A stretch of DNA of 32,000 nt from the NCBI GenBank assembly GCA_964565945.1, contig CAZMGY010000033.1, positions 6,338 to 38,337 on the forward strand, in the 5' to 3' direction. The DNA is from an uncultured bacterium (GTDB taxonomy: Bacteria > GCA-001730085). A program made the translations under genes and the position numbers. Numbering within the stretch: position 1 is the first letter of the stretch; each line of letters starts with the position of its first letter. This document shows, one piece after another, positions 17,699 to 25,649 of the stretch. A model generated the notes under the pieces. That model saw nothing but the letters and a program-made list of their open reading frames with translations, was not told where the DNA came from and made no database searches.

Positions 17699-17727
17699 AT
17701 TATACACTTACTAAGAACAAGGGTCAA
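17699..17727 (-). promoter_or_regulatory. Putative sigma70-type promoter for the HD-GYP operon
   Basis: Minus strand reads TTGACC (17722-17727), a 17-nt spacer, then TATAAT (17699-17704), about 70 nt upstream of the ATG at 17627, in the only sizeable gap (238 nt) of this gene string. Confidence 0.4.
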
Positions 17728-17865
17728 AACAGTGTTGATGTTTTGCACGTTGCTTGCTGAAGGTTCAGTGAGAGAAGAATCAAAGGTTCGGTCGGCCCCT
17801 CCCCTTAAGAGGAAAAGAATCAACCACTTTGTTATACTAAAAAACAAATTAAAGTCCAATGATTA

Positions 17866-19110
17866 TTACTGACCTAAGGCATTCATCATGCTCACAAGAG
17901 GCAAGAACATTGCCACCACAATAAATCCTACAAGCAGAGCTAAAAAGACGATCAAAGCTGGTTCAATTAGCTTTGTCATTGTTTCAATCATATTTTTAAC
18001 ATCTTCTTCATAGAGATTAGCCACCTTGAGAAACATTTTGTCCAACTGACCTGACTCTTCACCCACATCGACCATATTAACCATGATCTGAGGAAAAGCC
18101 TTAATGGTCTCCATCGATTCAGACACCGAACTCCCTTCACGCACCTGAACTTGAACCGATTCGATAGCACACACAAACACTTGGTTGGTGGCTGCTGTTT
18201 TGGAAATATCAAAGGCCTGCAAAATAGGCACTCCACTTTGCAACAAGGTTCCCATTAAACGCGAAAATCGAACCACTTCAATATTTTCCAAAAAATCTCC
18301 CCAAAAAGGAATTTTAAGACACACACCATCCCACACATAGAGAACCCAACTTAAGCGCATTGCCAAGCGTATCACAATAACCAACCCAATAAATCCGCCC
18401 ACAATCCATAGAAAATAATTTTTAACAAGATAACTCGACATCAATAGCAAACGCGTCGCATAGGGCAATTCAACCTTAAGCTCACTAAAGAGCAATTGAA
18501 ACTTAGGAATCACAAAAAGCAACAAAACAAACACCACAAACACGGCCGCCATCAAAATCATCGCAGGATAAAACATGGCATGGGTCACACGCTTACGGAA
18601 CCAATGGGCTTGCTCAAAAAATTCTGCCAAACGCTCTAGAACAATCGATAAAACCCCTCCAATTTCACCCGCCCTAACCATGCTAATGTACAGGCGATTA
18701 AAGGTCGCTGGATAACAACTCATCGACTGCGACAACATTTCTCCCGAAGAAATATCCATCTCCATTCGCCCAACAATATAGCCCATCGCCGCCACCTTCT
18801 TTTGCTCTTTGAGAACTTTAAGAGAACGCAACAACGGCAAACCAGCATCGAGCAAAGTGGCTAACTTACGCGTAAACATAAACACATCTTTGCGCGAAGT
18901 AGTACGAACTTGAAACAAAGGCATTTTTTTCACATTGAGATACAAGGCTTTGGCCGAACCTCTCTTTTTGTCAGCTATTGTGCTTATGCTCATCACATAA
19001 AGGCCTTCTTCGCGAATTTTCAAACGAGCGACCTCTTCGCTGAGACCCTCCACTTCTCGGGTGCTTTCGCCCCCCTTCTTATCAACAACTTTTACGATAT
19101 ATTTTGGCAT
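17866..19110 (-). CDS. Type II secretion / type IV pilus platform protein (GspF/PilC family)
   Basis: 414 aa with duplicated T2SS-F domains (FTRKLATLLDAGLPLLRSLKVL and FSRLMGTLLQSGVPILQAFDI) and three TM segments. Confidence 0.9.
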   Translation of the reverse strand: MPKYIVKVVDKKGGESTREVEGLSEEVARLKIREEGLYVMSISTIADKKRGSAKALYLNVKKMPLFQVRTTSRKDVFMFTRKLATLLDAGLPLLRSLKVLKEQKKVAAMGYIVGRMEMDISSGEMLSQSMSCYPATFNRLYISMVRAGEIGGVLSIVLERLAEFFEQAHWFRKRVTHAMFYPAMILMAAVFVVFVLLLFVIPKFQLLFSELKVELPYATRLLLMSSYLVKNYFLWIVGGFIGLVIVIRLAMRLSWVLYVWDGVCLKIPFWGDFLENIEVVRFSRLMGTLLQSGVPILQAFDISKTAATNQVFVCAIESVQVQVREGSSVSESMETIKAFPQIMVNMVDVGEESGQLDKMFLKVANLYEEDVKNMIETMTKLIEPALIVFLALLVGFIVVAMFLPLVSMMNALGQ

Positions 19111-19117
19111 ACGAATT

Positions 19118-20800
19118 TTACCTTAACGCTTCCTGCGTTTGTTGCAATACTTCGTTCAAACTTGTTACACCTGCAAACACTTTTTGTAAACCGTCATCTC
19201 GCAACATAACCATACCATCCTTTTGTGCCTGATAACGTAAACTTTGTTCCGAAGAACCTTCGAGAATAAGCTCTTTCAGTTGTGGCGTCATTGTTAAAAT
19301 TTCAAAAATGCCTGTTCGACCATGATAACCCGAAAATTGACACCTCTCACAACCCGCAGCTTTAAAAAACTTACGCAAACTTAAGTCCACTCCCATAACA
19401 CCTAATTGGTCAAGCAAAGACGGCGAGGGAGCCGCCTCTTCTTTACAAAAAGAACATAGCACACGCAAGAGACGCTGTGCCACCACAAGCCTAACGGTCG
19501 AAGTAATCAAAAAAGGTTCTATACTCATATCCAAAAGACGTGTAATTGAACCTATCGTATCATTAGTGTGCAAAGTGCTTAAAACTAAGTGCCCAGTTAA
19601 GGCCGACTGAACAGCAACCCCCACCGTTTCGGAGTCGCGCATTTCGCCAATCATAAGAACATCGGGATCTTGACGCAAAATATGGCGCAAACATTTGGCA
19701 AAGGTCAAATGAATTTTATGCTTCACTGCCGTCTGAATCACGCCATCCACCTCATACTCAATAGGATCTTCAACCGTCATTATTTTTCGTTCAATCCCAT
19801 TCAAACTCTTGAGCAAAGCATAAATCGAAGTGGTTTTTCCCGACCCCGTCGGACCAGTGGTAAGAATAATACCGCCATTATGTGTTAGCGCGCACTTCAT
19901 CTGTTCTTCCTGGGCAGTGCTTAAGCCTAAATCGGTTAAGGACAAAGCTACGTGGTTTTTATCCAACACACGTATCACAATGCATTCCCCAAAAATCGTG
20001 GGCAAAGTCGCCACACGTAAATCAATCAGCACATCCCCCAAACGATAATCTATACGCCCATCCTGAGGCAGACGTGTTTCCGCAATATCCATATCGGCCA
20101 TCACCTTAATGCGCGAAGTCACGGCCAAACTCACTTCCAAGGGGATCATCATCATTTCCACCAAAACCCCATCGATACGACACCTCACTTTAAGTCCCTC
20201 CAGCATAGGCTCAAAATGGATATCACTGGCCAGATCTTTGATCGACTGCGACAAAACAACATTCACTAAATCAATCACAGGCGTGTTTTCAAGGTCATTT
20301 TGAACAATTTGCTCAAGACCTTCAATCGATATGGCCGCAGGGTCATCCTGACTATCTTCCCCTAAAAACACCTGATAATACTTGGCCTGCGCATATCGCA
20401 AATCACTCTCACTGGTTAAAACAAAGTCAATCTGAGCATTGAGCACAAAGCGTAAATCATCGGCATGCACCACATTCATCACATCTCCAATGGCCAAGGT
20501 AAGTCGCTGTTCTTCATAAGCTATCGGCACCACATCGTAGGTCTTAATAACGTCTTCACCGACCATGGCAATCACCTTATCGGGTATCACGAAACTTTTA
20601 AGAGACGCCGTATCTAACTCGTGTTGAACACCCAAGACACTGCAAACTTGGTCTTCCGAAGCAAAACCTAACTCAACAAGCACTCGCCCTAAAGGCTTAC
20701 CAGTTCTCATTTGTTTGCGCAAAGCTTCTTTAAGTTGATCTTTGGTAATAATCAAACGTGAGGTTAAAATATGCCCTAGCAGAGGCCTTTCATGCTCCAT
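19118..20800 (-). CDS. GspE/PilB-family secretion ATPase, copy 1, with an MshEN/T2SSE_N N-terminal domain
   Basis: 560 aa. Walker A GPTGSGKTT, Asp box, Walker B DPDVLMIGEMRD, His box LTGHLVLSTLHTND. Tetracysteine CSFC...CERC. The N-terminus carries a two-fold 24-residue MshEN-like motif. Confidence 0.9.
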   Translation of the reverse strand: MEHERPLLGHILTSRLIITKDQLKEALRKQMRTGKPLGRVLVELGFASEDQVCSVLGVQHELDTASLKSFVIPDKVIAMVGEDVIKTYDVVPIAYEEQRLTLAIGDVMNVVHADDLRFVLNAQIDFVLTSESDLRYAQAKYYQVFLGEDSQDDPAAISIEGLEQIVQNDLENTPVIDLVNVVLSQSIKDLASDIHFEPMLEGLKVRCRIDGVLVEMMMIPLEVSLAVTSRIKVMADMDIAETRLPQDGRIDYRLGDVLIDLRVATLPTIFGECIVIRVLDKNHVALSLTDLGLSTAQEEQMKCALTHNGGIILTTGPTGSGKTTSIYALLKSLNGIERKIMTVEDPIEYEVDGVIQTAVKHKIHLTFAKCLRHILRQDPDVLMIGEMRDSETVGVAVQSALTGHLVLSTLHTNDTIGSITRLLDMSIEPFLITSTVRLVVAQRLLRVLCSFCKEEAAPSPSLLDQLGVMGVDLSLRKFFKAAGCERCQFSGYHGRTGIFEILTMTPQLKELILEGSSEQSLRYQAQKDGMVMLRDDGLQKVFAGVTSLNEVLQQTQEALR

Positions 20801-22487
20801 TTACAATCTCCTCCGTCGCCACGCGGCAAACTTCAGACAAAGTGGTCCAACCCATATCCACCTTGCGCAGACCATCCTGCCACAAACTAGCTACCGATTG
20901 CTGCATCAATTCCTGGCGAATCATATCGCCATTATTCTGTGCGTAAATATACTCACGAATTGTTTCGTCGACAACCATCACCTGAAACAAACCCACACGG
21001 CCATAATAGCCCGTGTTTAAACACATATCACACCCCTCTCCTCGAAAACACTTAATGGCGGCACCTTTCAACCAAAGACGCTGCTCATCTTCGGTCGGCA
21101 CATAACTGACCTGGCAATTTTTACAAATTCGGCGAACCAAACCTTGCGCAGCCACAACTTTAAGTGCCGAAGCCACTTTATACGGCAAAACCCCCATATC
21201 AAACAAACGCACCACCGATCCAGGCGCATCACTGGTGTGCAAAGTGCTTAAAACAAGATGACCTGTTAACGCTGCCTGAATAGCGATATTGGCCGTTTCG
21301 GTATCCCGAATTTCCCCAATCATAATCACGTTAGGTGCTTGCCTCAAAATCGCACGCAAAGACGCGGTAAAAGATAAGTGGATCTTATTATGAACCTGAA
21401 CTTGATTCATGCCCGACAACTGATACTCAACTGGATCCTCCACAGTGATGATTTTTTTATCCGATGTGTTAATGATGTGCAGCAAAGAATACAAGGTGGT
21501 CGTTTTACCCGACCCCGTGGGGCCCGTGATCAAAATTAAACCATGCGACAAACGCATCATCTCTTCAAACGTCCCACGATCATGCCGCAACAATCCTAGC
21601 TCATCCAAGGTAAGTAAACCTTTATTTTTATCGAGAATCCGTAGAGCCAAAGCTTCGCCATACAGGCTTGGCATCGACGATACACGTAACTCCACGTCCT
21701 TACCTTGGAAGCCAAAAGAAATCTGACCATCCTGAGGTAAACGTTTTTCGGCGATATCTAAACCTGCCATAATCTTAATCCTCGAAATAAAGGCTCCTTT
21801 AAGATTTAAGGAAGGACCCGCCACTTCATACAGTACGCCATCAATCCGGTAACGCAACCTGAGCCGATCGCGAAAAGGTTCAATATGAATATCACTCGCT
21901 CGACGAACAATCGCTTCGACAATTATGACATTCACTAAACGATTAATAGGCGCCTCATCGTCACCAAGCACAAGATCTTCGGCTAAAGGGCCGACCTCCT
22001 CTTCGAAAGGTAACGATGTTTTCAATGAAAATTCTGGTTCTTGTGCTCGCTCCTCAGGAAAGTAAAAATCGAGAGCTTCGTAGATATCTTTTTCTTGCCA
22101 CAAAACAAGCTCTACTGGTCGGTCGACAACAAATTTAAGATCATCCCATAAATCAAACCTTTGGGTATCGACCGCAGCAAAAAAAAGCGTATTACCCTCC
22201 TGACGTAAAGGAAAAAGTCCATAGCGTCTCAAAAAAGACGCGGGGAACACCGACAACAACGAGTCCTCCACTTTGATATCCAACAGCCTTTCTTGAGCAG
22301 CATTCAAAGCATATTCCAAAACATCGCGCGAAATAAACTGAAGATCAACAAAAATATCGCCCAAACGTTGGCACACCATAGGCTGCTTGGCCAAGGCCAT
22401 CTTAAGCTGAGCTTCGGTAATCAATCCTTTATCTACGAGAAATTCACCTACTAACTTTTTCAAGAAACATTCCCTCTTTGGATACAC
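20790..22487 (-). CDS. GspE/PilB-family secretion ATPase, copy 2 (paralog), with an MshEN/T2SSE_N N-terminal domain
   Basis: 565 aa. GPTGSGKTT, APNVIMIGEIRD, LTGHLVLSTLHTSD, CKNC...CDMC. The N-terminus reads LVGEFLVDKGLITEAQLKMALAKQ-PMVCQ-RLGDIFVDLQFISRDVLEYAL. It overlaps copy 1 by 11 nt. Confidence 0.9.
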   Translation of the reverse strand: MYPKRECFLKKLVGEFLVDKGLITEAQLKMALAKQPMVCQRLGDIFVDLQFISRDVLEYALNAAQERLLDIKVEDSLLSVFPASFLRRYGLFPLRQEGNTLFFAAVDTQRFDLWDDLKFVVDRPVELVLWQEKDIYEALDFYFPEERAQEPEFSLKTSLPFEEEVGPLAEDLVLGDDEAPINRLVNVIIVEAIVRRASDIHIEPFRDRLRLRYRIDGVLYEVAGPSLNLKGAFISRIKIMAGLDIAEKRLPQDGQISFGFQGKDVELRVSSMPSLYGEALALRILDKNKGLLTLDELGLLRHDRGTFEEMMRLSHGLILITGPTGSGKTTTLYSLLHIINTSDKKIITVEDPVEYQLSGMNQVQVHNKIHLSFTASLRAILRQAPNVIMIGEIRDTETANIAIQAALTGHLVLSTLHTSDAPGSVVRLFDMGVLPYKVASALKVVAAQGLVRRICKNCQVSYVPTEDEQRLWLKGAAIKCFRGEGCDMCLNTGYYGRVGLFQVMVVDETIREYIYAQNNGDMIRQELMQQSVASLWQDGLRKVDMGWTTLSEVCRVATEEIVNGA

Positions 22488-22525
22488 ATTCTCTTGTATT
22501 ATACAGAACTTTTATCCAATAAGGA

Positions 22526-23668
22526 CTATCTCAACGATTGATAAACGTGAAACAAATGCTCCGCCGCTTGATTCCAATCGTAATGACGTTTCACATGCTC
22601 ACGCCCCGCTTGGCCCATTGCAGATCGCAGCGATTCATCTTTCACTAAATCTAACACCTTGTCGGCTAAATCATTGGCCCTATCTTTTTCGAACAAAAGG
22701 CCCGTTGTTTCATCCTGAACCACATAAGGCAAAGAAGCTGTTCGCGTCGCCACCACAGGTGTTTGAGCCGCCATCGCCTCGGCAGCCACAATGCCAAATG
22801 CTTCAAAGCGAGTAGGAAAAACAAACACATCGGCATGAGTGTAGTAACTGCACAGATCTTTACGTAACACCGCACCCACAAAAGTCACATAAGGTTCCAA
22901 GTTAAGACTGGCAATCATTTGTTCCAAAGTCTTCTGGTAACCAAAGTCAGGACCAGCAATCACCCACCGAATATCTTTGCTGTATTGAACAATACGAGGC
23001 AAAGCTTGAACCATAACATCTAAACCTTTGTTTTCATCGATTCTTCCCGCAGTGAAAAGCCGCACAACACCTTGCACGCCTAAATCATCCCAGGCATTAT
23101 GGTCAACTTGTTCAAACTCTGCTATATCAATTCCAGGTGATATTTCTTCGATTCTGCGTACCTGCGAATAACCCCACACATCCAGAAGACACCTTTCGTA
23201 AGGGGAGATCACCACCACCACATCGGCCTTCATCAAAAGCTTCCCCATGGTCTTGCGATACAACTTCCCTAGAAGAGAAGGTGGCCCCTCATCGGCCAAG
23301 TACGGATTAAAAACAAATGGCCGCCCTTTGCAACGCGCCACCAAGGCTGCGTAGTCAGCCGAAGGAAACATAAAACTATGTCCGTGGTAAATATCTGATT
23401 TTTGGCGCCATAGGGTACTCGCCATACTCCAAGATAATGGGTAAGACGACAGCGACAACGAAGATAAAGGGCATCGCAACACCTCAACTCCACCGACACA
23501 CTCGCGTGCAAGGACGTCTAAGGTCGATCGGTCCCAATGATTCTTTATATTGGTGGTCACAACAGTCACATCAGCTTGACGCGCGACACGTTCCGACAGT
23601 TGCTGAACATACTCCTCCACACCCCCCATAGAAGGCCAATAACGATACGCAGACTGCACAATTTTCAT
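22526..23668 (-). CDS. Glycosyltransferase family 4 (GT-B, group 1)
   Basis: 380 aa. The C-terminal motif FPTRFEAFGIVAAEAMAAQTPVVATRTASLPYVVQDETTGLLF is the E-x7-E type GT4 signature. AAGGGAG lies upstream of the ATG. Confidence 0.85.
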   Translation of the reverse strand: MKIVQSAYRYWPSMGGVEEYVQQLSERVARQADVTVVTTNIKNHWDRSTLDVLARECVGGVEVLRCPLSSLSLSSYPLSWSMASTLWRQKSDIYHGHSFMFPSADYAALVARCKGRPFVFNPYLADEGPPSLLGKLYRKTMGKLLMKADVVVVISPYERCLLDVWGYSQVRRIEEISPGIDIAEFEQVDHNAWDDLGVQGVVRLFTAGRIDENKGLDVMVQALPRIVQYSKDIRWVIAGPDFGYQKTLEQMIASLNLEPYVTFVGAVLRKDLCSYYTHADVFVFPTRFEAFGIVAAEAMAAQTPVVATRTASLPYVVQDETTGLLFEKDRANDLADKVLDLVKDESLRSAMGQAGREHVKRHYDWNQAAEHLFHVYQSLR

Positions 23669-23845
23669 AGACTCCCTTTAACCCTCACAACGCACCTTTA
23701 AACAAAAAAACCAACACCAGCCCTAGCCCAATTTTGACCAAGGCACGAGCCAACGTAAAGCCCATTGTACTTTATTTTACGCACTTAATTTCAGCTCTTA
23801 ATACGCCCCCGCCCTTCATTCCAAGACTCAAGGTCCCAATTCAAC

Positions 23846-23875
23846 TTGACAGAACAAAAATAGATCCCGTATAAT
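23846..23875 (+). promoter_or_regulatory. Consensus sigma70-type promoter
   Basis: TTGACA (23846-23851), an 18-nt spacer, then TATAAT (23870-23875). Both hexamers are perfect consensus, 38 nt upstream of the ATG at 23914. Confidence 0.5.
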
Positions 23876-23913
23876 CGATCAGTTGAATTGAGAATGGAAT
23901 GTAAAAGTTACTT

Positions 23914-24120
23914 ATGATATTTCAAGAAGTTACCTGCAATTTATGTACTGTAAATCAGTATAGAGTTTTATATAACAACCCTCTAGACGAAAAAAGCCTT
24001 CAAGATAAATTGGATTACGCCATTTCGGACAACTCGCCTCTTTTGCCTCCTCGTATCGTTAAATGTGTGGTCTGCAACTATGTTTATGCTAACCCTCAGC
24101 TCACTACCAGAAACACTTAA
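23914..24120 (+). pseudogene. Detached N-terminal zinc-ribbon segment of the methyltransferase-GT2 gene (frameshifted)
   Basis: CNLC ...(44 aa)... CVVCNYVYANPQ is the CxxC...CxxC ribbon commonly found at the N-terminus of this methyltransferase type. The reading frame switches near 24100-24105 into the 24065..25603 frame (..SLPETLNQMYRNMD). Confidence 0.55.
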
Positions 24121-25603
24121 TCAGATGTATCGTAACATGGATGCTACCACTTATCTTGATGAAATAGAGCACCGTAGCAAAGCTGCTCATAAAATTTTAG
24201 AAACCATTGAAAAGATCAAACCACAAAAAGGTAACATTCTCGCCATTGGTTGCTCCGCAGGCATCCTGCTTGATCAAGCACGCCAGCAAAGATGGCAAGT
24301 CTACGGGGTTGAACTTTCAAAAAATACTTTTAACCTAGAAAATATTCAAAATACAGATTTTCTCAATGCAGAATTTGAAAATTATTTTTTCGATGTTATT
24401 ATTCTCACAAATGTGATTGAACATCTCCCGAACCTCCGCCAATACTTAGACAAAATGAAACGACATCTTCACCCTGACGGATACATCTATTTAACTACAC
24501 CCAACATCCGTTCTTGGGCGCATCGCCTCCTAAAACAAAAATGCTGGGGCAGCAACTTAGCTCATTTGCATTATTTTTCACCCAAAACACTCCGTGAAAT
24601 GTTAACAACAGTAGGTTTCCGTCCCACAAAATACCATACTATGGCACGCTATTTTTCTCTTAAGCACCTTCGTTTCCGTTTTGAAGCCCTCGCCCCCAAA
24701 CTCAGCCGCATTTTTAAGATACTACCACTCAGAGACAAATACCTAGACTCCACGATAAAGGTTAATTTAGGTGGCCAAATAGGCATATTAGCTCAAAAAA
24801 ATTCTACAATCAAATCTGTTTTAGAAAGAGAAACTTATTATGAGACCATGCTAGAACAAAAAAAGGGCCAACCCAAACCCAAAGTTATTGCCGTTCTTCC
24901 AGCTTATAACGCTGCCAAAACATTAGAAAAAACAGTCGCCGACATACCTCGCGATATTGTCGATGAAATCATTTTAGTCGACGACTACAGCACCGATAAC
25001 ACGACAGACATAGCCAAAAGCTTAGGCTTAGTGACCATCCGCCACATACATAACACTGGCTATGGGGGCAATCAAAAAACCTGTTACCGCGAAGCTCTTA
25101 AATATGGTGCTGATATCATCATTATGGTCCATCCCGATTATCAATATGATCCTAAAGCCATTGTTTCGATAATTGAGCCCATTATAAACCAAAGAGCCGA
25201 TGCGGTGTTTGGCTCGCGTATGATGAAAGGTACTGCGTTAGCAGGAGGCATGCCTTTGTGGAAACACAATGTGAACATCATGCTCACGAGTATCTCTAAC
25301 ATTATTTTTCGAACCTATCTCACCGAATACCATTCAGGTTTTCGTGCATTTTCGAAGGATATTTTAGAAAATATTAATTTATCGGCCAACCAGGACAGTT
25401 TTGTTTTCGACTTTGAAATGATCGCTCAGATCATTAACAAACGTTACAAAATTGAAGAGATTCCTATTAAAACACGTTACTTTGACGAAGCTTCGAGCAT
25501 CAAAATCGGACCTGCCATCATATATGGTTACGGTATTTTATGGATCCTTGTTAAATTTTACCTTCACGAACACCTGAATCTTCGCTTCAAAATTTTCGAA
25601 TAG
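24065..25603 (+). CDS. Bifunctional class I SAM-dependent methyltransferase / family 2 glycosyltransferase
   Basis: N-terminal half: ILAIGCSAGILLDQA (motif I), FDVIILTNVIEHLPN and LHPDGYIYLTTPN. C-terminal half: VIAVLPAYNAAKTLEKTV...IILVDDYSTDNT...GYGGNQKTCY (GT2, DPM1-like). The true start is unclear: the frameshifted 23914, or the internal ATG at 24126. Confidence 0.8.
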   Translation: MWSATMFMLTLSSLPETLNQMYRNMDATTYLDEIEHRSKAAHKILETIEKIKPQKGNILAIGCSAGILLDQARQQRWQVYGVELSKNTFNLENIQNTDFLNAEFENYFFDVIILTNVIEHLPNLRQYLDKMKRHLHPDGYIYLTTPNIRSWAHRLLKQKCWGSNLAHLHYFSPKTLREMLTTVGFRPTKYHTMARYFSLKHLRFRFEALAPKLSRIFKILPLRDKYLDSTIKVNLGGQIGILAQKNSTIKSVLERETYYETMLEQKKGQPKPKVIAVLPAYNAAKTLEKTVADIPRDIVDEIILVDDYSTDNTTDIAKSLGLVTIRHIHNTGYGGNQKTCYREALKYGADIIIMVHPDYQYDPKAIVSIIEPIINQRADAVFGSRMMKGTALAGGMPLWKHNVNIMLTSISNIIFRTYLTEYHSGFRAFSKDILENINLSANQDSFVFDFEMIAQIINKRYKIEEIPIKTRYFDEASSIKIGPAIIYGYGILWILVKFYLHEHLNLRFKIFE

Positions 25604-25649
25604 CCTTCACAATGATAAAACGTAGAAATCACAACTCTGAAAAACTCCA

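Noticed and set aside
17635-17859. 74-aa ORF in the gspF / HD-GYP intergenic gap; also checked as a possible pilin
   Set aside because: It has a TTG start, no SD and no prepilin G/FTLIE motif, and it overlaps the predicted TTGACC-17-TATAAT promoter. It is more likely non-coding regulatory DNA.
19566-21254. Identical 20-nt stretch gtgtgcaaagtgcttaaaac at 19566-19585 and 21235-21254
   Set aside because: Both copies encode the conserved His-box peptide VLSTLHT of the two paralogous ATPases. This is paralogue conservation, not a repeat element or recombination site.
23669-23845. Minus-strand promoter or riboswitch upstream of the GT4 / ATPase string in the divergent intergenic region
   Set aside because: Only weak -35/-10 candidates (for example TACAAT with a poor -35) and no convincing conserved RNA structure could be identified by eye. 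This is insufficient to call.
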